Positions 59,318 to 64,000 of a stretch of 64,000 nt of DNA are shown here, piece after piece (position 1 is the stretch's first letter; every line of letters begins with the position of its first letter). A program made the position numbers and the translations under genes. Origin of the DNA: Candidatus Bathyarchaeota archaeon. GTDB lineage: Archaea > Thermoproteota > Bathyarchaeia > Bathyarchaeales > Bathycorpusculaceae. The DNA is taken from the NCBI GenBank assembly GCA_963833575.1, contig CAWHXY010000007.1, forward strand, positions 544,001-608,000, written 5' to 3'. The notes under the pieces were generated by a model that saw nothing but the letters and a program-made list of their open reading frames with translations, made no database searches and was not told the DNA's origin.

Positions 59318-62300
59318 ATGGCATCAACAGTTACTTCTCAGCCTATGAAACGAGTTGAAGATTGGAAATCCCGATTAATCGATCTTTCAAGGAGAAACAA
59401 TCTTCTTTACTTCAGAAAGAACCGACGTGGAAACCTGCCTATCTCGCAGCCTGAAGCACAAACAATCTTCAATGCACTAGTGATAAAAAAGCGTCGTTTA
59501 GAATTTTGGGCGCCACCTGAAGAGGTAAAAACGACGGAAATGCCTGAAAAAGTAAAAGGCAAAGGAAAAGCCAAAGCTAAAACGGCTAAAGCGACAGCAA
59601 AAGCCGCTATTAAAGAAACAGCAACAGAAGAAGTAAAACAACGCCCAACAGCAAATCAATTGGTCAGCGGAAGCTTATCTCGCCAAGACCTCGAAAGGAC
59701 ACTTAAAGGTTTGCAATGGCGTTCACTTCTTGATTATCGGGAACGAGGGGTCCGCATTTTACACGCTGCCTTTGGCACCCTAAACTGGGTGGATCAAGAA
59801 ACAAAAGAAAACGTCCAGTCACCACTAATTCTTGTACCTTTAGAATTAACTAAAGACTCAATACGCCAACCCTACACAATCGCCGTACCCCCAGTTGAAG
59901 AAGAAGCCGTCTTAAACCCCGCATTACAAGTCAAGCTCAAAAATGATTACAAAATCGATTTGCCACCTTTACCTGAAGGATGGGAAACCCAAAACCTGGC
60001 AGACTACTTCACCTTAGTCAATAAAGCAGTTGAACAAATGGGTTGGAAATCCGAGACATCGGTTGATCTAAGTCTTTTTTCATTCCAAAAACTGGTCATT
60101 TACAAGGATCTTGAAGCAAACGCCAACTTAGTTACGCAGCATCCACTTATCAGGGCAATTGCCGGAGTAAAAGAAGAAAACCTCATAGTAGAGGGGTTGC
60201 CAGACGAGAAAGACGTCGACAAAATTGAGTTGCCAGCACAAACATACCAGGTTCTTGATGCCGACAGCAGTCAGCGAGTCTCAATCGAATATGCATTACA
60301 CGGACAAAGCTTCGTTATGAAAGGGCCACCTGGCACGGGAAAAAGCCAAACCATCGCCAACATAATCGCCGAATGCATCGCTAATGGAAAATCCGTTCTC
60401 TTCGTCAGTGACAAAATGGCTGCTCTAGAAGTAGTTTACAAACGTTTGAGCGAAGTAGGTTTAGCCCATTTCTGCCTTGAGCTTCACAGCAGCAAAGCCA
60501 ACAAGCAACAAGTTGTAGCTGAACTCAAACGTAGCTTAGATGAAAACCTCGTCCCACGCAAGTTACCCTCGGCTCATGAATTTGAACGGATGACGCAGTA
60601 CCGTGAAACACTAAACGGTTACGTTACAGCATTACATGAAAAACGCCCATACTTGCAGAAAAGTGCTTACGAAATTTTGAGCCTAATTTCAAGTTTGGAG
60701 CGCCTTCCATTCGTTCCCGTAGGCTTAACTGAAATTGGAACGCTAACTCCCCAAAAAATGCAGGAACTCGAAGAACTCGTCTCTCACCTTAGCAAGGTTT
60801 GGCAAGTTATCGAAGAACCAGACTTCCCCTGGCTAGGATACCGCGCCAACACCTATAACTTGGAAATTCGCTCTGAAGTGCTAACAGCACTTGAAAACAT
60901 TAAAGAAACATTACATGAAATGCAACTGGAAACTGAAGATTTCTCATCTAAACTGGGAGTTTCTCCGCCAAAAACATTTTCTAAAACAAACTGGTTGCTT
61001 GAAGTAAGCCAGTTATTGTTTGAAAGCCCAAAACCAGAAGCTTACTGGTTAACAAGCCCTGACATTGAAAAGCTCGTGAGCGAGGCTAAGACCTATGGTG
61101 AAACCGCAGCCTGGATAAAGAACACCCGAACCAACCTCAATGAAAGGTACAACGTATCGTTGTTCACCTTAGTTCTTAACAGATCGGCTGAAATCAAAAT
61201 GCAGCTTGAATCCCTTAGTAAGATGCTTCCCGCAGTAGAACTGCAAGATAGCAAATTTTTACAAGAAAGAGAAAAATTCCTATCATTCATAAAAAACACC
61301 CAGCTATCAGTCAGGAAGTGGCGTGAAAACTCAAAAGCGCTCGCTCAAATGTTCGGATTAGACAGCGATGACTGGACAATTAACCGACTAAATGAATTAT
61401 CACGACTTGCTCTACTTTGCTTCGCTGAAGACAAGCCGGAACTTCAATGGTTCGACGCAAAATATCTTGAGCAGGTTGAAGAAACAGTATCAAAAGCAAA
61501 ACTCCAATACCAAGACTACAACTTGCTAAAAAGCAGATTAGATGAGACTTACAGCGATCGAATCTACGACTTGAAACTAGACGAGCTCATAGCTAGATAC
61601 AGCGGACCATACCAAAGCGGTCTAAAAATCTTCAATTCAACCTATCGCAGCGACCAAAAACTAATTGCCAGCTTAGCCAATGACGGAAAAGTTCCAAAAA
61701 ACGTACTGAATGACCTTATTGATGCACGCAAAGTCAAAAAACTGCATTCGCAAATAGAAGAATCAGCTGAAACAGTTCGCACTCTGCTTGGGCATTTTTA
61801 TGATAAATCCAAACCTGATTTTCAAGGTGCCGAAAAAGCGATACAATTAACAGTTGAAATAAAAAAGTTTTCGTGGGCAATACAAATTCCTGAAAATCTT
61901 CTCAAACTGATAACTAACACTTCAAGTCCTTCGCCGATGATTAAGAATTTAGGTTTAGATCTACAAGAATCAGTTGATAGATGGCAGCAACTTGCCAAAG
62001 ACATAGAACAATCTTTACCCGTAAGCTTGCCAAAATCCGATGTATCTATCACTCAAACCTCACTCTCTCTGCTTGAAGAATGGGCAAACGAAACAGAAAA
62101 ACAGCTAAACCCACTATGTACATTGACAAAAGAAACGTTGGCAACCTGTAGGCAAGAACCTCAAAGCTACAAAAAACTGCTTGAAGACCTCAGCAACGCT
62201 GAAGATGTACGAAAGAAAGAAGCAGCGATCATAGGTGAAAAGGCTCAACTTCAAGCAAAATTTGGCGTCCGTTTTCGTGAACTTGAAGCAAACTGGGAAG

Positions 62301-64000
62301 ATATAGTTACTGTTCTGGAATGGACAAGGAAAGTTCAAGCGGCCTTCCAAGACAGTCCCGTTCCAGAAGCTTATGCAAGTCTTGCAGCTCAAGGGCCCGT
62401 TGCCGCGCCGTCAAACACAGAATTAAGCCAAAAATACGAAGCAGCTCTAAAAGTTCTAACCGATTTTGAAGCAAGATTTGAAACAGAAATGAAATATCAA
62501 AACCTGAAACTTAGGGACTTAGAAATTGAAGTGATCGTTGAAAGAATCCAAGCGCTCAGGGACCGAGTGGATGATCTTCAGGTTTGGATTGACTTTAAAG
62601 ATATCAAAAATCGATTTGCTCTACGAGGCTTAGAGCAGTTCTTCAACCGTATGGCGGAGCAGCGCCTCCCAGCTGCGGACTTGGTTGACGTTTTTAGAAA
62701 AGGAGTTTACCAAGAATGGATAAACAACCTCTACAGTGAAGACCAGAAACTGGGTAGATTCAGAAGGGAAAATCATGAACAATTAATCGCTGACTTCAAA
62801 CAATTAGATCAAGACCTTATTCATCTTACCCCCAGCATGGTTATAGAGCAGGCAAACAGCCGAAAACCCCAAGACATACTTATTCAAGCAGGCGATTCAG
62901 AGGCTAATATTCTTCTTAAAGAAGCTGCAAAGAAGAGGCAGCTAATGCCAATTCGAACGCTTATGCAAAAGATTCCTCACTTGCTTGTGAAACTAAAACC
63001 TTGCCTACTGATGAGTCCAATAACAGTTAGCCAATTCCTTCCTCCAGAAAACAACAAGTTTGACTTAGTCCTGTTTGACGAGGCATCACAGATTGTTCCT
63101 GAAGATGCAATTGGTTCAATTTACCGTGGAAAAACCTTAGTTGTTGCAGGAGATAACAAGCAATTGCCGCCTACATCGTTCTTCCAGAAAAACCTAATTG
63201 ACGATATAGATTGGGACGAGCTGAATGAAGAGAACGTTGAAGTCTTCGACAGCATACTAGACGAGTGCTTAGGCATCGGGTTGCCGGTCAAAACTTTGAA
63301 GTGGCACTATCGTAGTAGACACGAAGATCTAATTGCTTTTTCAAATCACCGCTTCTACGATGATAAACTGATAACTTTTCCAGCGGCAAAAGCCCAAACC
63401 GACAGCTTAGGCGTAAAACTAGTCTACGTTTCCGACGGCATCTATGACCGCGGCGGCAAAAGAAACAACCTTAACGAAGCAGAAAAAGTTGCAGATCTCG
63501 TCTTTGAACACTTTCGTAACTATCCAAAGAAAACCTTAGGTGTTGTAACCTTCAGCATAGCTCAAATGGAAGCCGTTGAAGAAGCCATAGATCGTCGTCT
63601 CAAAGAGCAGCCCGATTTTGAGCAGTTTTTCAAGGAAGATCGATTGGAAGGTTTTTTTGTTAAGAACTTGGAGAACGTTCAAGGCGACGAGCGCGATGTC
63701 ATATTCTTCAGCGTGGGATACGGATATGACGAGCAAAAACAAATGGCTCTGAATTTTGGTCCACTCAACAAACCTGGAGGCGAAAGACGTTTAAATGTGG
63801 CAGTCACCCGTGCCCGAGAAAAAGTCTTGTTGATAACGTCAATTAAAGCTTCTGACATTGACGCTGAAACTAAAGCAATAGGCGTGCAGACGCTGAGGGC
63901 TTACCTTGACTATGCTGAGCATGGTCCTGAAACATTGGGATCGGTCAAAGTTAAAGAAAGCGAGTTTGAATCAGCATTAGACGAAGACGTTGCTGCGGAA
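59318..64000 (+). CDS. DUF4011 + SF1 (Upf1-like) helicase, Hhe-like; truncated by the window edge (more than 1560 aa)
   Basis: ATG 59318; WKSRLIDLSRRNNLL; GPPGTGKSQT (~60323); LMSP, FDEASQ (~63074), GDNKQLPP, WHYRS, VQGDERD, RRLNVAVTRAR, all in one frame; absent from the ORF track because no stop falls in the window. Confidence 0.9.
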   Translation, partial: MASTVTSQPMKRVEDWKSRLIDLSRRNNLLYFRKNRRGNLPISQPEAQTIFNALVIKKRRLEFWAPPEEVKTTEMPEKVKGKGKAKAKTAKATAKAAIKETATEEVKQRPTANQLVSGSLSRQDLERTLKGLQWRSLLDYRERGVRILHAAFGTLNWVDQETKENVQSPLILVPLELTKDSIRQPYTIAVPPVEEEAVLNPALQVKLKNDYKIDLPPLPEGWETQNLADYFTLVNKAVEQMGWKSETSVDLSLFSFQKLVIYKDLEANANLVTQHPLIRAIAGVKEENLIVEGLPDEKDVDKIELPAQTYQVLDADSSQRVSIEYALHGQSFVMKGPPGTGKSQTIANIIAECIANGKSVLFVSDKMAALEVVYKRLSEVGLAHFCLELHSSKANKQQVVAELKRSLDENLVPRKLPSAHEFERMTQYRETLNGYVTALHEKRPYLQKSAYEILSLISSLERLPFVPVGLTEIGTLTPQKMQELEELVSHLSKVWQVIEEPDFPWLGYRANTYNLEIRSEVLTALENIKETLHEMQLETEDFSSKLGVSPPKTFSKTNWLLEVSQLLFESPKPEAYWLTSPDIEKLVSEAKTYGETAAWIKNTRTNLNERYNVSLFTLVLNRSAEIKMQLESLSKMLPAVELQDSKFLQEREKFLSFIKNTQLSVRKWRENSKALAQMFGLDSDDWTINRLNELSRLALLCFAEDKPELQWFDAKYLEQVEETVSKAKLQYQDYNLLKSRLDETYSDRIYDLKLDELIARYSGPYQSGLKIFNSTYRSDQKLIASLANDGKVPKNVLNDLIDARKVKKLHSQIEESAETVRTLLGHFYDKSKPDFQGAEKAIQLTVEIKKFSWAIQIPENLLKLITNTSSPSPMIKNLGLDLQESVDRWQQLAKDIEQSLPVSLPKSDVSITQTSLSLLEEWANETEKQLNPLCTLTKETLATCRQEPQSYKKLLEDLSNAEDVRKKEAAIIGEKAQLQAKFGVRFRELEANWEDIVTVLEWTRKVQAAFQDSPVPEAYASLAAQGPVAAPSNTELSQKYEAALKVLTDFEARFETEMKYQNLKLRDLEIEVIVERIQALRDRVDDLQVWIDFKDIKNRFALRGLEQFFNRMAEQRLPAADLVDVFRKGVYQEWINNLYSEDQKLGRFRRENHEQLIADFKQLDQDLIHLTPSMVIEQANSRKPQDILIQAGDSEANILLKEAAKKRQLMPIRTLMQKIPHLLVKLKPCLLMSPITVSQFLPPENNKFDLVLFDEASQIVPEDAIGSIYRGKTLVVAGDNKQLPPTSFFQKNLIDDIDWDELNEENVEVFDSILDECLGIGLPVKTLKWHYRSRHEDLIAFSNHRFYDDKLITFPAAKAQTDSLGVKLVYVSDGIYDRGGKRNNLNEAEKVADLVFEHFRNYPKKTLGVVTFSIAQMEAVEEAIDRRLKEQPDFEQFFKEDRLEGFFVKNLENVQGDERDVIFFSVGYGYDEQKQMALNFGPLNKPGGERRLNVAVTRAREKVLLITSIKASDIDAETKAIGVQTLRAYLDYAEHGPETLGSVKVKESEFESALDEDVAAE

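Noticed and set aside
534-63742. Numerous 60-205 aa ORFs antisense to or nested within called genes
   Set aside because: Shadow ORFs of well-supported coding sequences, with no motifs

Overview
Archaeal chromosomal segment. Gene content, TATA/oligo-T signals and a large family of surface proteins point to Bathyarchaeia or a related TACK lineage; this is inference, not a database result. Layout: (1) about 2.3-12.2 kb, a mosaic accessory region of small orphan genes, a stand-alone proteasome alpha paralog, ADH, a flavoprotein and a lipocalin, punctuated by three direct copies of a 28-bp imperfect palindrome with 11-6-11 (dif/Xer-like) geometry; (2) 12.8-20.1 kb, a corrinoid uptake/salvage locus (btuFCD, a radical-SAM/SPASM homolog lacking its CxxxCxxC motif, DUF2284, divergent cbiZ fusion, frameshifted Ni/Co permease) that shares a 17-bp palindromic operator with cobD-cbiB at 44 kb; (3) mostly housekeeping genes (mre11-rad50, rpsJ, geranylgeranyl reductase, Lrp/asparagine synthetase, pckG, htpX, ribK/ribL, dph5, apgM, tatAC, thiolase-DUF35); (4) several membrane-anchored surface proteins, including two convergent 884-977 aa PQQ-like beta-propeller paralogs; (5) a DUF4011/SF1-helicase gene of more than 1560 aa that runs off the right edge and is missing from the ORF track. 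No tRNA, rRNA, CRISPR array or intact transposase/integrase was recognised. All family assignments come from motif recognition by eye.
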